Shown: positions 22,284 to 35,842 of the stretch, piece after piece | How the letters are laid out: each line of letters starts with the position of its first letter | Numbering within the stretch: position 1 is the stretch's first letter | NCBI RefSeq assembly: GCF_027921745.1 | Contig: NC_079240.1 | Span: 1,054,001-1,118,000, forward strand | DNA: 64,000 nt | Direction of reading: 5' to 3' | Origin: Schizosaccharomyces osmophilus | Lineage: Eukaryota | Notes under the pieces: generated by a model | The model's input: only the letters and a program-made list of their open reading frames with translations | Database searches by the model: none | Told to the model about the DNA's origin: nothing | Position numbers and translations under genes: made by a program

Positions 22284-25253
22284 ATGGATTCAAATCAGGA
22301 CTTGACCCATTTAGGAGTGTTCACTGTCGATCAGGCTAGTTTGGAGCGCGATGTGACAAATTCAGCAGATCAATATATCACTAGTGAGACGAAAGAAATC
22401 GAAAGAAAAAGATTAGAAAAAGTAGAGAAGGAGATTTATGCTGTAGAAAAAAAAAGTCGTCAGCTTGAAGCGCGAATTGATAGTCGCTTGACGCAAATTA
22501 GCGTGAAAGGAAATCTTCGAAAGCAGCTCGACAAGTTTCGCGCAACGCTTCAAAATTTAAAATCCGACGAAAATGATATCAAATTGCGCATGGAAGGCAT
22601 TGATGAGGGCCAACAGGCTGTATTTGCTGACCCTCATGCACTTGAAGAAGCCGAGCGCCAAGAATTAATTCGTACTGGTAAAATTACACCTTTTGGTAGG
22701 TTTTCTGGTATTGATAACGAAAGTTCAAACATTGGTGGACATCAATTAAGTAGTCAGGCGATACCTCAAGAACCTGAAGCTATTGATAACACGATTACCA
22801 AGAACATTAGTATAGAGCAAAATGAAGAGCAAGAATTTGGGCTAAAACAAGAGAAAGACGAAGATTATGCACAAGTCGAGAATGTTGGTGAACAAGAGAC
22901 TACTTCAGCTGTGGATGATGGTGATAATTTGGTGTATCGTAAGCGTCTACATTCATGGTGTACTGAGCGCAATCAATTACGCCAAAAATCAGAACAAGCG
23001 AAGCCAGAAAAATCTGAGACTTTTGCTGAAGAAGTTTCTACTAACCATTCTTCATTAAATGAAGATACAGAAGAATGGTTTAAACCGCATCCTACCAAAC
23101 GTGGCCAAACTTACAAAGGCGGATTCACCATTCCCGGCGATATTCGACCCCATCTTTTTCGATATCAAGTTACATGTGTACAGTGGCTATGGGAACTTTA
23201 TAGCCAAGAAGCAGGAGGCATCATTGGTGATGAAATGGGGCTAGGAAAAACAATACAAATTGTATCTTTTCTTTCTTCACTTCACCATTCAAGGATGTAT
23301 GAAAAACCAGCTTTGATTGTCTGTCCGGCCACTTTAATGAAACAATGGGTCAATGAATTTCACCAGTGGTGGGGTCCGTTACGTGTTGTTGTTTTGCATG
23401 CCACAGGCAGTGGTGCTCTTGCTACGCGAGAAAAAAGGCAGTACCAGTCTTTGGAGGAAGAGGATGATGTAGCAGAAATTATAAACCCAAATGCTTCTAA
23501 GTCTTTCCATAGCTATGCCAAAGCATTAGTGGATAGCGTGTTTACTGAAGGCCATGTTCTAATTACAACGTATGCCGGGTTACGCCTTTACAGTGATTTA
23601 TTATTACCACGGGAATGGGGTTATTGTGTTTTAGATGAAGGACATAAAATTCGGAACCCGGATTCCGAAATGTCTGTGAATTGTAAGCAAGTAAAAACCC
23701 CTCATCGAATCATTTTATCAGGTACTCCTATTCAAAACAACTTAATTGAACTTTGGAATTTATTCGATTTTGTTTTTCCCGGTCGATTAGGAACGCTTCC
23801 TGTTTTCCAAAATCAATTTGCTCTTCCTATTAATATTGGTGGTTATGCAAATGCGTCGAATGTCCAAGTACAAACTGCTTACAAGTGTGCTTGTATGCTT
23901 CGTGATTTAATCTCTCCATATTTATTACGAAGAATGAAATTAGACGTGGCCTCAGACCTACCCAAAAAATCCGAGCAAGTTTTGTTTTGTAAGCTAACTC
24001 CTCTTCAACGCAAAGCCTACCAAGATTTCTTGAATGGTTCAGATATGCAAAAAATTTTAAATGGAAAACGTCAAATGCTATATGGGATCGATATTCTAAG
24101 AAAAATATGTAATCATCCAGATTTGGTTATTCGTGAATTTATATCTCAAAAGAAGGACTATTATTATGGAGATCCCGAAAAGTCCGGAAAACTGAAGGTT
24201 GTAATGTCTCTGTTACAGCTTTGGAAGAAGCAAAAGCACCGCACATTACTTTTTTCCCAAACACGACAAATGCTTGATATTTTAGAGAGCAGCATTAAAG
24301 ATATTCCTGGACTTCGTTACTGTCGTATGGACGGAGGGACTTCAATTGGTCTTCGACATGGTTTAGTCGATAATTTTAACAAAAACGGTATATATGATGT
24401 GTTTTTATTAACAACTCGTGTTGGTGGATTGGGCATCAATTTAACAGGAGCCGATCGTGTTATTCTATTCGACCCAGACTGGAATCCATCTACGGATGCC
24501 CAAGCTCGTGAACGAGCGTGGAGATTGGGACAAAAAAGAGACGTTGTAGTGTACCGCCTAATGACTGCTGGAACAATTGAAGAAAAGATATATCATCGCC
24601 AAATTTTTAAACAGTTTCTGACAAATAAAATTTTGAAAGATCCAAAGCAGCGGCGATTTTTTAAAATGACCGATTTACATGATTTATTTTCATTGGGTAA
24701 CGATAAGGAAGAAGGAACAGAGACTGGAAACATGTTTTTGGGAGCTGAACGAGTTTTCAAAAAACAGCCCTCAAGCCATGGGGAAGAAAAAAGTGGAAAG
24801 CAAAAATCCCGTAAAGAGGTTGATGGGAATAATCCGGAGGAAAAGAATCGAAAAGTTTTTGATAAAATTGGTATTGCTTCTATGGAAAAATTTAAACCAC
24901 CAGAGGATACTGGTGTTACAAAAGGCACGTCTTCTAAAAATACACGTGGCGATGAATCCGTACTCGATGATATTTTTGCGAGTGCCGGAATTCAAAGTAC
25001 GTTAAAGCATGATGAAATTATGGAAGCTTCTCAACCCGAGACTTTACTCGTAGAAAAAGAAGCTTCAAGAGTTGCCAATGATGCTGTGCGTGCTGTCGCC
25101 AATTCTCGACGACAGCGGGTCGCTGCTAATCGGAACAAAACCGATCCTCCTACCGGTAATATTTCACGTCAGAATATAGCTTCTGCAAGTCCCCAGGCTT
25201 CTGGTCCAGTTAGCTCCAGTACATTATTGGCTCGCCTCAAGCAAAGGCGTTAA
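22284..25253 (+). CDS. rhp26: SNF2-family ATPase Rhp26 (CSB/Rad26), transcription-coupled repair
   Basis: LIRTGKITPF, GDEMGLGKT, DEGH, LLTTRVGGLGINL, QARERAWRLGQ, C-terminal SSTLLARLKQRR. Confidence 0.96.
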   Translation: MDSNQDLTHLGVFTVDQASLERDVTNSADQYITSETKEIERKRLEKVEKEIYAVEKKSRQLEARIDSRLTQISVKGNLRKQLDKFRATLQNLKSDENDIKLRMEGIDEGQQAVFADPHALEEAERQELIRTGKITPFGRFSGIDNESSNIGGHQLSSQAIPQEPEAIDNTITKNISIEQNEEQEFGLKQEKDEDYAQVENVGEQETTSAVDDGDNLVYRKRLHSWCTERNQLRQKSEQAKPEKSETFAEEVSTNHSSLNEDTEEWFKPHPTKRGQTYKGGFTIPGDIRPHLFRYQVTCVQWLWELYSQEAGGIIGDEMGLGKTIQIVSFLSSLHHSRMYEKPALIVCPATLMKQWVNEFHQWWGPLRVVVLHATGSGALATREKRQYQSLEEEDDVAEIINPNASKSFHSYAKALVDSVFTEGHVLITTYAGLRLYSDLLLPREWGYCVLDEGHKIRNPDSEMSVNCKQVKTPHRIILSGTPIQNNLIELWNLFDFVFPGRLGTLPVFQNQFALPINIGGYANASNVQVQTAYKCACMLRDLISPYLLRRMKLDVASDLPKKSEQVLFCKLTPLQRKAYQDFLNGSDMQKILNGKRQMLYGIDILRKICNHPDLVIREFISQKKDYYYGDPEKSGKLKVVMSLLQLWKKQKHRTLLFSQTRQMLDILESSIKDIPGLRYCRMDGGTSIGLRHGLVDNFNKNGIYDVFLLTTRVGGLGINLTGADRVILFDPDWNPSTDAQARERAWRLGQKRDVVVYRLMTAGTIEEKIYHRQIFKQFLTNKILKDPKQRRFFKMTDLHDLFSLGNDKEEGTETGNMFLGAERVFKKQPSSHGEEKSGKQKSRKEVDGNNPEEKNRKVFDKIGIASMEKFKPPEDTGVTKGTSSKNTRGDESVLDDIFASAGIQSTLKHDEIMEASQPETLLVEKEASRVANDAVRAVANSRRQRVAANRNKTDPPTGNISRQNIASASPQASGPVSSSTLLARLKQRR

Positions 25254-25957
25254 GGTTAAAAAAAACTCTAGCATCCTTATAAGTGAATTGACTTATTTTT
25301 ATTCTTAGTTTTGGCTACCTATCTAACGTTTCTGAATATTTAGAAGGAAATCCGGGGAAAGGATTTGGAATTTCCGTTTCACGCATGAAAAGATATTTTG
25401 GAAAAGAACTTTATTTATACAAGCAACCAAGGTGATTAGCTCTTTTATTTATTTTCTCATCAATTTTCATTCGATGGTCATGCCTTTTGTTTCCTTTGTG
25501 TTTTATCTAATGCATCTTTGCGTTCGTTTTTACCTAATTAAATTAATTATTATTTTACGACGACGATCACTATGTTAACGATCCGCTTAATATCCCTATG
25601 ATTACAAGAATTATGATTATAAAGGCATGTCAGTTTGCTTTATAAAGTCATTTTCTCATACATCGATTCTTCTAGCATTATCATCACATAGTCCCTTTAA
25701 TGATACTACAGGGGCTTCATTTTTAGTGTTTTGTTTATTTATATTGTATTTACTAAATAGAATGTAATTTCACCCGAATTTATAAGGATCAAACAATTTC
25801 CAAATATTCAATGAAATATAATACTATTTAGTATTATACTCTGTTATCGTGCGAACGTAGGGATTAACAATATCATAAAGGCGATCACATAATTTTTGTA
25901 CATGTAATAAAAGGAAGTAGAGACGAGAAAGGTCGAAAACAACCTCTTAAAAGAAGA

Positions 25958-26904
25958 ATGCTTATGGCAAACACAAAGATGACCACTTTAGTAAACGCCA
26001 AGAGCGTCGTTCAGCTTATTAAGGAACAGGCTCAAAAATCAGTTCTTTTGGATGCTACCTGGTACTTACCTACAGAATCCAACGATGGAAAACGGGAGTT
26101 CTTTCAAAATCGACTGCCAGGAGCTCGGTTTTTTGGGATTGATGAAGCCAAAGATCATCGTATTGCCTTACCTCACATGCTTCCTCCAACCGAGGAGTTC
26201 GCTGCCTACGTAGGAAATCTTGGAATCGATCGAAACGTACGTAAAAGCCGTGTTGGAGAAGTGGAAGCAATGCTAACCGGATATAGACAAATGTAATAAT
26301 ATATGATAGAAAAGGATTTTTCTCCTCTCCCCGTGTTTATTGGACCTTTAAAGTCTTTGGTCATAAAAATGTATTTTTATTCCCAAATGCATTTGCAGAC
26401 TGGAAAGCTAATGGGCATGGATTAGAAACGGAGAATCCTTCTACTCCTGCTAAAGTCAATTATGAAGATGCAAAAATAAACAAAAGCTTAGTTGCCTCTT
26501 TTGAAGATATCTCCCAGGTCCTGAAAGACCCTTCAAAAAGCAATACTCGCATCATTGACGCTCGCCCTCAAGCCAGATTTACTGGTACTGCTCCTGAAAT
26601 CCGACCTGGCATGGCAAGTGGACATATTCCAACATCTATCAACATTCCTTTCACTGATCTTGTTAAACCCGGAATCACCGAGCCCAAGCCTACAGAAGAA
26701 CTTGAAGAAATTTTTGCAAAGCATGGCCTCCATGATAAATCTGCTCCCATTATCACCTCTTGTGGTTCCGGTGTAACTGCCTCTGTGCTTTTCGTTGCTC
26801 TTGAACTATGTGGATTTACAAATGTTCGTGTTTACGATGAATCTTGGAGTGGGTATGGTCAACGTGCCTTGAAAGATTCTTCTTTATTAGCTACCGGTCC
26901 TTAG
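25958..26904 (+). CDS. tum1: Tandem-rhodanese 3-mercaptopyruvate/thiosulfate sulfurtransferase (intron 26237-26286)
   Basis: LLDATWYLP, LPHMLP, spliced VIIYDRKGFFSSPRVYW, IDARP..RF.G..PE.R, active loop CGSGVTA, VYDESWS; start Met uncertain (25958/25964/25979). Confidence 0.92.
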
Positions 26905-27274
26905 ATAAGCAAATTCCGGTTCTTGTTTATCCCAGAATATACATTATTGGTATGATGCTTCTTAACGCTCCTCTATTTATAAAAGTTGCACTTTTCATTT
27001 ATTGCTGTCACTAAGATCCGAAAAGGCAAAATTTATACTTTTACTGTCGTTTAAAGCTTATGAATAAATATGTTTCCATTCAAAACTGAGACCATAGTAA
27101 ATTGCTTCGTATGCAAATAAAGAAAGTAATGAGAGTTTAATACAAGAAAGAGTATTATTCTTAACGTTAATAAAGAGAGTAGTCTCCTTTGGAATCATTC
27201 ACTTAGAAAGCCGTTATCTTAAAAGATGGTATGTTCTGCTGTAGTCTTTTGGTAATTAGAAGTAGAAGACACTT

Positions 27275-27901
27275 TTACACAGGACTTTGCTGGTAAGAAG
27301 TCAAGCGATCAATAAAAGGTCCAATATAAGGCAAAGATCTCAGAAAGGTAATTATAATGGGATAAAAGACCCGGAATAGGTTAAAGAAGCCCAGGCATTC
27401 AAGAAAGAAACCAATGATAGGAAAGCGTAGAATAGTGAGCAGAAATCCACCTACAAAGCTCAAGGTTCCCACCATTCTTTCTTTTCTTAAAAAGAAGTTT
27501 GCTGATTTGGCCGGTCCTACAATCATGAATACGCCTGACACAGACAATATCTAATAAGTAAGCAAACAAAACATTTTTAACTGGTTTTCTCCAAAAAAGC
27601 ATAAACGTCTACCACAAAATGGCTTGCACAAACTACATTTGCTGGTACTTGCTTTTTCGACCACTTTGAACTTACATTTCCAAGGGACAATAAAGGGCCG
27701 TCAAACAACATGATTACTCCCTAAATTCTTCATTAGGATCCGAAATGCAATAATAAGTCAACTAAGTTTCGTCTTCTTCAATCCTTACCAATATCATAAA
27801 GAGCAGCCCCAAACTTGTTACACCAATTCCAATTTCTATTTTTATCTTTAGCAATGTTTCTTTTTGGTTCATATCATACTTTGTACTTCAGAAAGCCACA
27901 T
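27275..27901 (-). CDS. got1: Golgi transport protein Got1 (4 exons; introns 27836-27879, 27721-27788, 27551-27675)
   Basis: Spliced MWLSEVQKIGIGVTSLGLLFMILGVIMLFDGPLLSLGNILSVSG..FLRSLPYIG..PV. Confidence 0.9.
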
Positions 27902-28519
27902 ATTCTTCTCTTTTCTGACAGTGTTGATGGTGAAGTGTCTACAGATTGTTTGAAACATCTTATATGTTTTCTTTGTACATATCTCATCCTCATCTTCCCT
28001 TTGCCAAGATTCATATAAGCACTATTTCATTTAATAAAATACTTTCTTTATAATTAGATTATAGAAAACTTCATAGCATCGACAGTCTCTAGCCTGTTCG
28101 AAATTTTGTTATAGCAAAGCAAGTTACAAGCGTAGATTTATTGTAAATGAAATACGAATACTCTCGTTAATTATATCTTCATTAGGGTCCAAGAGGCTCG
28201 TTCCTCTAGGATTTTGACATAACAAAAAACATTACTGAACGTAGACATAAGGAAATACCAGCATCATTTAATCATGCTTGCCATTAGATGGAATATGCAG
28301 CATGAGATGAAAAAGCGCATTCACTTAGGACTAAGATTAATTGTAATAATCAAATAATTAAATTAAAGAATAAATAAAGACTGAGCATACAGACTGTTCA
28401 AAAATGAATATTAATGAAATAAACACAGGGAATGTTATGATCTGAACAGCGAACCGCGATGTTGTGAACGGTTAACTATGTACAGAGAACATTCAGTAGC
28501 TAAAAAAAGGAATTTTAGC

Positions 28520-30613
28520 TCACTTTTTGTTTTTATTCTTTCTTTTTTTCTTTTTATTTTTAGAAGATCGCGACGAAACAGCACCGATATGATTGTCGGG
28601 ACTAGGCGTATTGGCATCACTGACATTTAAAAATTCATTTTCTTCATGAGAATCACTATTTGTAATGCTGACTTTGGGTACAAGAATACCATTTCTTTCA
28701 ACCATTTCAACAATATCTTCCGAATTCTCGTTAGCAGTTCTTTCATATGGCTCAATGACAATGCGCTCAATACCATCCGCAGACACGAGATTACTTTCAA
28801 TGACATTACCGAGCCTTACTCTTTTTCCTGTAAAAGTCTTTTCGGAAACTGAAGACCCACTATCTGTCTTTCTGTCCATGGTTGCCAAGGAATCCACATT
28901 AGACTTGAATTGTTTTTTCGTAGACTCTTTATTGTTCATCTGATTAAAACCACGCTCAGCAATCTTGTTGTAATCGATTGGGGATGCGTTACTTTCCCTG
29001 TGATGTTGGAGATGTGTATCGTGGCTCTCATCGCCTTCATTCGCCTGATTTTCCACCTCACGCTGAGAAATATCCTCGGAAGTGTGTTCTTCCTTAGTTG
29101 GTATACTTTTCGAATGCGCCTCTATTTCTGTCTCAACCTTGCCAACTTTTTTGGAAAGAGAAGCGACACTTTCATTTGACGCTTCCATACTTCCATAGCT
29201 TGTCTCGTTCTTAATGCTGACAGGTGTCTTTACTTTCACTCGTTCATTTGGAACGTACCGAGGATTCATGGCCGCATTTCTAGGATTCAAGATTGGGCGT
29301 TGGTCATCCGTATGAGTTTCACCGTTCGTTGCTGTAAGACGGCTTTTCGTTAAGGCAGCCATTGTATTCAAATGAGAGCGATGGAACAATCTGTCCCAAA
29401 ATTCATTATTGTAGGTCACACGTGGCAACCCTTTATGAACATCAATGTAAACATCTGTCTCATCAATAATTTCCTCTCCAATTAACTCTTCAATTATGTC
29501 TTCAAGGGTAATGACACCTAGAGTACCAAACTTTTCACCAGGGTGATCAGAAATTAGAATCATATGGCTTTTACCTTCTTGACAATAATTCAATAAATCC
29601 AAGCAAGAGGTATCCGGAAAAGTTTGAGGCAACGTTGCAAGAGCAAATCTGCTCACAGGCCAACAGTCATCTGGGTCATAACCGATGAGTGTTTTCGTAA
29701 GCAGCATGCCGATGAAATCATGAGGAAATCCTGGCCTGTGTACTGGAATCCGCGAATAACCAGCACAAATGATATCGCCAATTAGTTGTTCATCCACAAC
29801 ACGGTCCGTCGGAAGGGTAAAGACATTCTCAATGGGCGTCATAATACTCTTGGCTGATTTTTCCCGTAAATCTAAAACAGCCGTAATGATCGTCACTTCA
29901 TCTTGATTCAGTTTATCCAACCCCAAGTCTCTATGCAAAGTAACGAGAGTTTTCAAACCAGCCTTTCTATACATGGTACCATGATCTTCTCCTAAGCAGG
30001 CATCCAAGAGCAAAGCCGTTGGATAAGCAATTGGCATAAGCAAGTACATCATAAACAGCACCAACGGTTCCAATTTAGCACCGATCGACAATCCATAACG
30101 GACACATAAAGCTTGCGGAATGACTTCGCCAAAAATCACAATCGCCCCCGTTGAAATCAAAACTGCTGGCCACCCACCGCCGATGATACTATCGAATACA
30201 ATTGGCAAGGTTTCATTCACAATAACGTTGCCCAACAACAAAGTGACCAAAACCCAGTGCTTACCGCGATTCAAGAGTCCTAAAACTTTGTTCGCGTGTT
30301 TTCTTTCGTATTCATCACCACTCTGCTCCAAAACTTGCAGATATACTTCGTCACATCCCATAAGACCGATCGTAAGTCCTGCAAAAACACCACCCAACAA
30401 GACCAAGAAAGCACTTATGAGCAATTTCGAATAATAGGAGAAATTGGAAGGATTTTTTAGAATAACGTTATACTCAGCCGGCGCTGGAAAGCCACCTGAG
30501 GCAGCCTTCTCTTTTAAAGCTAAAGGGAATGCTACCGCATACTTTCTCAAACCCACAACAAGAAACAAAAGTACATATGCTAATGATAATTTCCCTGAAC
30601 GTAACAGGTTCAT
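28520..30613 (-). CDS. mam301: CNNM/DUF21-CBS-domain metal transporter (Mam3-like)
   Basis: [35 protein letters not shown] pair ([32 protein letters not shown]). Confidence 0.9.
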   Translation of the reverse strand: MNLLRSGKLSLAYVLLFLVVGLRKYAVAFPLALKEKAASGGFPAPAEYNVILKNPSNFSYYSKLLISAFLVLLGGVFAGLTIGLMGCDEVYLQVLEQSGDEYERKHANKVLGLLNRGKHWVLVTLLLGNVIVNETLPIVFDSIIGGGWPAVLISTGAIVIFGEVIPQALCVRYGLSIGAKLEPLVLFMMYLLMPIAYPTALLLDACLGEDHGTMYRKAGLKTLVTLHRDLGLDKLNQDEVTIITAVLDLREKSAKSIMTPIENVFTLPTDRVVDEQLIGDIICAGYSRIPVHRPGFPHDFIGMLLTKTLIGYDPDDCWPVSRFALATLPQTFPDTSCLDLLNYCQEGKSHMILISDHPGEKFGTLGVITLEDIIEELIGEEIIDETDVYIDVHKGLPRVTYNNEFWDRLFHRSHLNTMAALTKSRLTATNGETHTDDQRPILNPRNAAMNPRYVPNERVKVKTPVSIKNETSYGSMEASNESVASLSKKVGKVETEIEAHSKSIPTKEEHTSEDISQREVENQANEGDESHDTHLQHHRESNASPIDYNKIAERGFNQMNNKESTKKQFKSNVDSLATMDRKTDSGSSVSEKTFTGKRVRLGNVIESNLVSADGIERIVIEPYERTANENSEDIVEMVERNGILVPKVSITNSDSHEENEFLNVSDANTPSPDNHIGAVSSRSSKNKKKKRKNKNKK

Positions 30614-30961
30614 ATTACTTCTAGCCTACAGCTTTTTTTAAGGCCAGTCCTATGCAGTCAATACGGTAAGGAAGCGTTCACCACTTATTATATACCACTG
30701 GTTTAATGAGTTACAACGTTACTTTCAAATTAGAGTTAAAAATATTCATGGTATTGGAAGCTCATTTCTTACTTTTGTTTGCACTAGTAATTCATGATTT
30801 TCATTCGAATTTTGAGTATCATTATAAATGGAAAAGCATGAAAAATTATTGCGTGGAGGCGAATTTTTTTTAAAATAAGAGAGGTGTAAAATATGATTCA
30901 GGTTCATTATACTTTCCAATACGTTCATGTTAAAATAGATTATATTAGTCATAAAATTCGT

Positions 30962-33900
30962 TTACAACGAGTTTCTTCTTAGCGATAAATATTTTGGGTG
31001 CTTTTGGTACTGAGTATTAGTTCCTAGAATCCCGTCAAGCTTACCTTCTGTCCGGAGTTTCTCAATAAATGATTTACCGTATTCGTAACCAACGCTGTAG
31101 ATCTTGTCAAACCTTCCAAATTCTAATGTGGTAAAATCCGTGACAGGAGGACGCATATAGAAACAACCCGGTGTCGTCTTTACTTTTTCGCCAATTGCAA
31201 CACTCGTAACGTAAGTTAATCTAGATTGGATATCAGCAAGTGAAGGATATGCTTTCTTCGAAATAAAGGGAATCCAACGAGTGAATAAAGCCCAAGCACC
31301 GGAAACAGTATCTCCATAATCCATTGCCAAACGTGAGTCCTCACTTCCAACATCAATTGCAAAGATTGTGTTCGCTCCAAGAGATTGCATATGCGTTACT
31401 GTAAGGTTATCCATATAACCACCATCTAACAGCATGTCCCCATTATCGGAGAGCATTGGCGGGACCAAACCGGCTAAAGACATACTAGCTCGAATATATC
31501 TCCACGCATAACCACTTGAGTGAACATCCATGCGAGAATGAGTAATGTTTGTCGTATTCACGTAAAACGGCAACCAAAAGTCCTCAATATGGCTTTCACC
31601 GAATGCTTTCCATATACCTCGATTGAATTCATGACCAGTAGTATAAGCAGCCTGAGGATAAGTTAAATCTAAAACAAACCTCCATAGATTTGCCATCCTT
31701 CCACAAAACTTCTTGGCACGACCAAACATTGGGACTAGATCTGCTTCACGGGCATACAATCCGCCATTGAATGCTCCTATACTGGTACCGCCGATAATAT
31801 CAAAAGGAATCCCGGCCTCTTCTAATGCATATAAAGCGCCAATTTGAGAAATTCCTCTAGCACCTCCACCCCCTAAAACCAGTCCGATACCTTTACCGCA
31901 AATTCTCCTAGCCAAGCGTGCAAAGTCATTTTCCTGTGCCCGATTAGTCTGATAGACAGGATGTAGATGCTTCCAATCAATATATTTCCTAAAGCCATAT
32001 TTAAAGCTCAATACTTTAGACCGAATTATATTTAAGAACTCCTTTCCATCATTATGGTCAACCATTTCGTTGTCCCAACCAGCGCGTAACTGCAAATGAT
32101 GATGAGCATATACCCATGGACGCTCTTTTAACCACGTCCTCGTTAATCCTGAAGGGCAAAATCTCTCAGGATGTATAAGTACAAGCTCTTTTCGAGCTGT
32201 ACATTTCATAGCGATCAAGTAACTTTCAAACTCCCCAATTTGAGGATTTCCATCCGCTTCTGCAAGGATATATATACAGTCAGCTTGTCGCACGCAAGTT
32301 TGAAACCATGTAGTCCCAACGTTAGTGTCAGCAATGTAAATCAAAATATCATATTTATCTTCCAAATCCGAAAGATAGCTTGCGAGCTTGAATCTTCCCA
32401 TGCGGCTGAACGCGTACTTCCCTAAATGTTCTAAAACTGAGGACTGTCTCAAAATTTTAACAGAAATACCCAAAACGGATAAGGCAAACGTTAACTTTTG
32501 GGAAAAAGTTAATAAATGCCCAGTTGAAGAAGAAGGGACCACAGCTAGTGTACGTATACTATGCTTTTCCCTCCTAGTCTGACGAATACCTTCATAGATG
32601 AAACTGTTATTCAGCATGACATGCATTCGATTTGCAATGATCTTTGAAAGTTGTAACCCGACAGCTGGATGGCTAAGAGAGAGAGCATTGAACAGCGTTT
32701 GAGGGATTTTCGCGAGTTCAGAATCTCGAATTGCAAATAACGTACTGTTCCTTGGGGCATTGATTAGCATTTCCAATTCACCTGCGCTATCGCCCTTTCC
32801 ATATTCATCAAAATAATCAGAATTTGATTTTGGATCGCTGTCATCAATAGATCTTAAACGCCCGTTTTGAACTATATATATTGAATCACTTGGATCCCCT
32901 TTGTTAAACAGTACTTGATCGGGGTTTAAGTGAATCCAACCAACGGCAAAATCAAGTTTTAATAGCAAAGGAGGAACCAAGGATATAAGTCTTTTGGCGA
33001 TGACAAGGGAAATTAGTGGCTCTTGCTCAATGATCCTTTCAAGAGCTGTACGCGGTAAATATCCTACTAAAACGTCCGTCCTAGCATTTACATTCACAAA
33101 TGAACGATAATTGGAAACGCATGCTTGATAATTGACCAGACCACCTGGTTTCATCATAAAGGAGTGCTCCTCTGATTGTCCTTGATTGCCATATGTAGCT
33201 ATTTTAGAGGGGCAAGTTGCATCCAAAAAGCCATCAATGATATAAAATACGCCGTCAGCATGATCACCCTGTTGAACAATGGTAGTTTCTTTTTTGTAGA
33301 AAACTATCTCAATTTCTTTGGCAAACTCAAGAATCGTAGAGTGCTTTGGATTGCTTGTTGTAGGGCTCTTGGCTTCTTCGTTAACGCCAACAGCACTCAA
33401 CATGGCAAGTTGGCCCAAAAAGTCAACCTTGCTAGATTTTTCAGAATAATCTGTAGATTGATTACTTTCTTGATATCCTGATTGCTCGTCATCTACGGAA
33501 GCAGCAGCACTTTGGGTTTTGATGCCGTAGTTGGCTATACCAAGAGATTTTAAAATGCAATGTAACAAACCATGCCTAAAAGAAGAATACACATCATAAT
33601 CACTCACTTCTTTAGAGTACGCCCGACGAAGAGGAGACCGTTTCATGTTTGGAGAAACTGATTGAGAAATAGTAGCGTGTGGATTAATAGATGAAAGCAA
33701 ATCTCCTGGATTGACCGCTGTACGATCAATTTCGGACCCAAAACCCTCAAAATTTCTGTTCAAGTTACCGATGCGATTGGCAGGTCCTTTTTTTTGTGAT
33801 ATGATTATACCACCCTTTATGTTTTTATTCCTATTCTCAGACTTTGCTTCATTCTTGAAGGTTTCGATAATATCACCACGAATATAATTTGGCAATTCAT

Positions 33901-35023
33901 AGGAAGTAATAGCATTGAAGTTTTTTTCAATACTGAAAATGACATCGGACAATCCAAGGTACTCAAAACCCGTAGAAAAGGTGACTCGTTGGAATCGTGT
34001 AAGGATTACCTGAACTATCTGTGCACTGGAATTAGGAAATTTGCGAACCAAATGATGAAAAGCACTTCCGGGTATAACAGCTATTGTAGTATCACACTTA
34101 GCTTTAGCAACAATTGAAGACTTTTCCTTTGGCCTGAATTCACCTTTTGATTCAGATTTTTTCCTTCCGATGCTATTAGCGGGGAAAGGATTGTCCATGA
34201 ACTCTGCTGGGGTGCCTGTGGACTGGGTAGTGCTTGGGGTAACTGAAACTTCCGGAACAATTTCTGTGAATAACTCCAAGACAGTAAAAAAACTAGAAAG
34301 AGGGGCTCCATTTGAAACTTCAGTAAGAAGCCTGTAGTCAGGATGCAGAGACGATGGATCCCCTAAGGCGCCATCATTGTAACGCTCTGTGGCTGTATAA
34401 ACCTGGAAGCAGCCATCCACAACTAGGATAAAGGAGGACTGTTCATCAAGATCAATTGTTTCTCCTATAGCAACTCGCCGGGTTTGAATATGCCGAGCTA
34501 GTTCAACGAAAACCGGTTTTTCCAAGTACCCGAATATACTAATCGCACTCAAAAACTAAAGTTGTTAGTACTAGTCAATACAACACGTATGGAGCATACC
34601 TCATCGAGATAGTTTTGAAACCCTATCTTTGGTTCACTAATTTGAACGCTGGCTTCAGGACCAAGCTTGGCTTCTTTTATCGGGTCTTCGTGCGGAAGTC
34701 GAGAGTATTTGTTTAGGTATCTGTAACGGATGATTAAAGCGGCCGCACAAAGGGAAACGAAGAATAAGAAAAGTCTATTGAGTTAGTATTTCACTTATCG
34801 TTGAAAAAATTGATGCTTCATACAAAGACTTGAAATTGAATTGAATAGTTAAAGAATAGCTTAAAACTTTATAGGTCCATTTTGGTATAGTTATTGAAGC
34901 GAATGCTAGTATACTTAGAGAAAATTTTGTGACAAAAACAAGACTTAGGGTTATAGATCTTAATATAAATATTATGATTCCTGAAATAACGTTATTTTGC
35001 AAAATCCTGTCCGCAATATCCAT
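30962..35023 (-). CDS. nte1: Lysophospholipase Nte1 (neuropathy target esterase) (introns 34775-34823, 34556-34599)
   Basis: N-terminal TM segments, cNMP-binding domains, patatin motifs [16 protein letters not shown]. Confidence 0.95.
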
Positions 35024-35842
35024 GAATTGGTCCTTATATTCCACACCTTTGGAACGCTTTTGGGAATAAAAATTAATTTAATGTGTAATAAGTGAGTTTT
35101 CTTGTTTCCAATACTATTATTTTTATAACCACTTGTTATTTAAATACCGCAATTTACTTTGTCTGGATAATTGCTTTTTTTGGAGTGGTATGATGCCTGT
35201 CTACTTTTGGTTGTTGGATAGAAAGAATACTGAAGATTATTTTGGACATCAAGAATGAAAATGGATCGAAGAATAATATATTAAACATTAAAGCCATTAT
35301 ATATTATATATTTGATATATAATATCTATTATAAAAAAAAAAGATAATGCTGTACCTGTGTTTAGATATGTATACTTGTTTAGCCATAGGCAAAACTATA
35401 ACTGAGTATCAAATGTTTTGCATGTTATTGTTTTAAATGATTGATACATCCTTCCAAACGTCGTAAGAAAAGACCCAAAAGATAGTAAGTCTAAATAAAG
35501 TAGCATAGTTTTTTATTGACGGTCAAAAAGTAAAAAAGCCGTGGTCTATCAGTAAGTACAATTTTAGCAGCGTCAAATGATTGCTTACTCCTTCGACGAT
35601 GGATAAAAAATAAACAAAAGGGAATGAAATTATTTTCTTGTGTTTTCGCACAGGAGTACTAGATATTTGTTTTATGCATTGCAAAAGCTCCCCCCAAAAA
35701 AAAAAGAATAGAAAAGCATTTCAGGCATTTGAACTTCAATCGTGCATATAAGAGATATTAGTTCACCAAGTCATTAAGTACATTAATTTCAAAAAGACAA
35801 GGCAAATCAGCAATTTAAGGCATATGAAGATTATTAATCAAC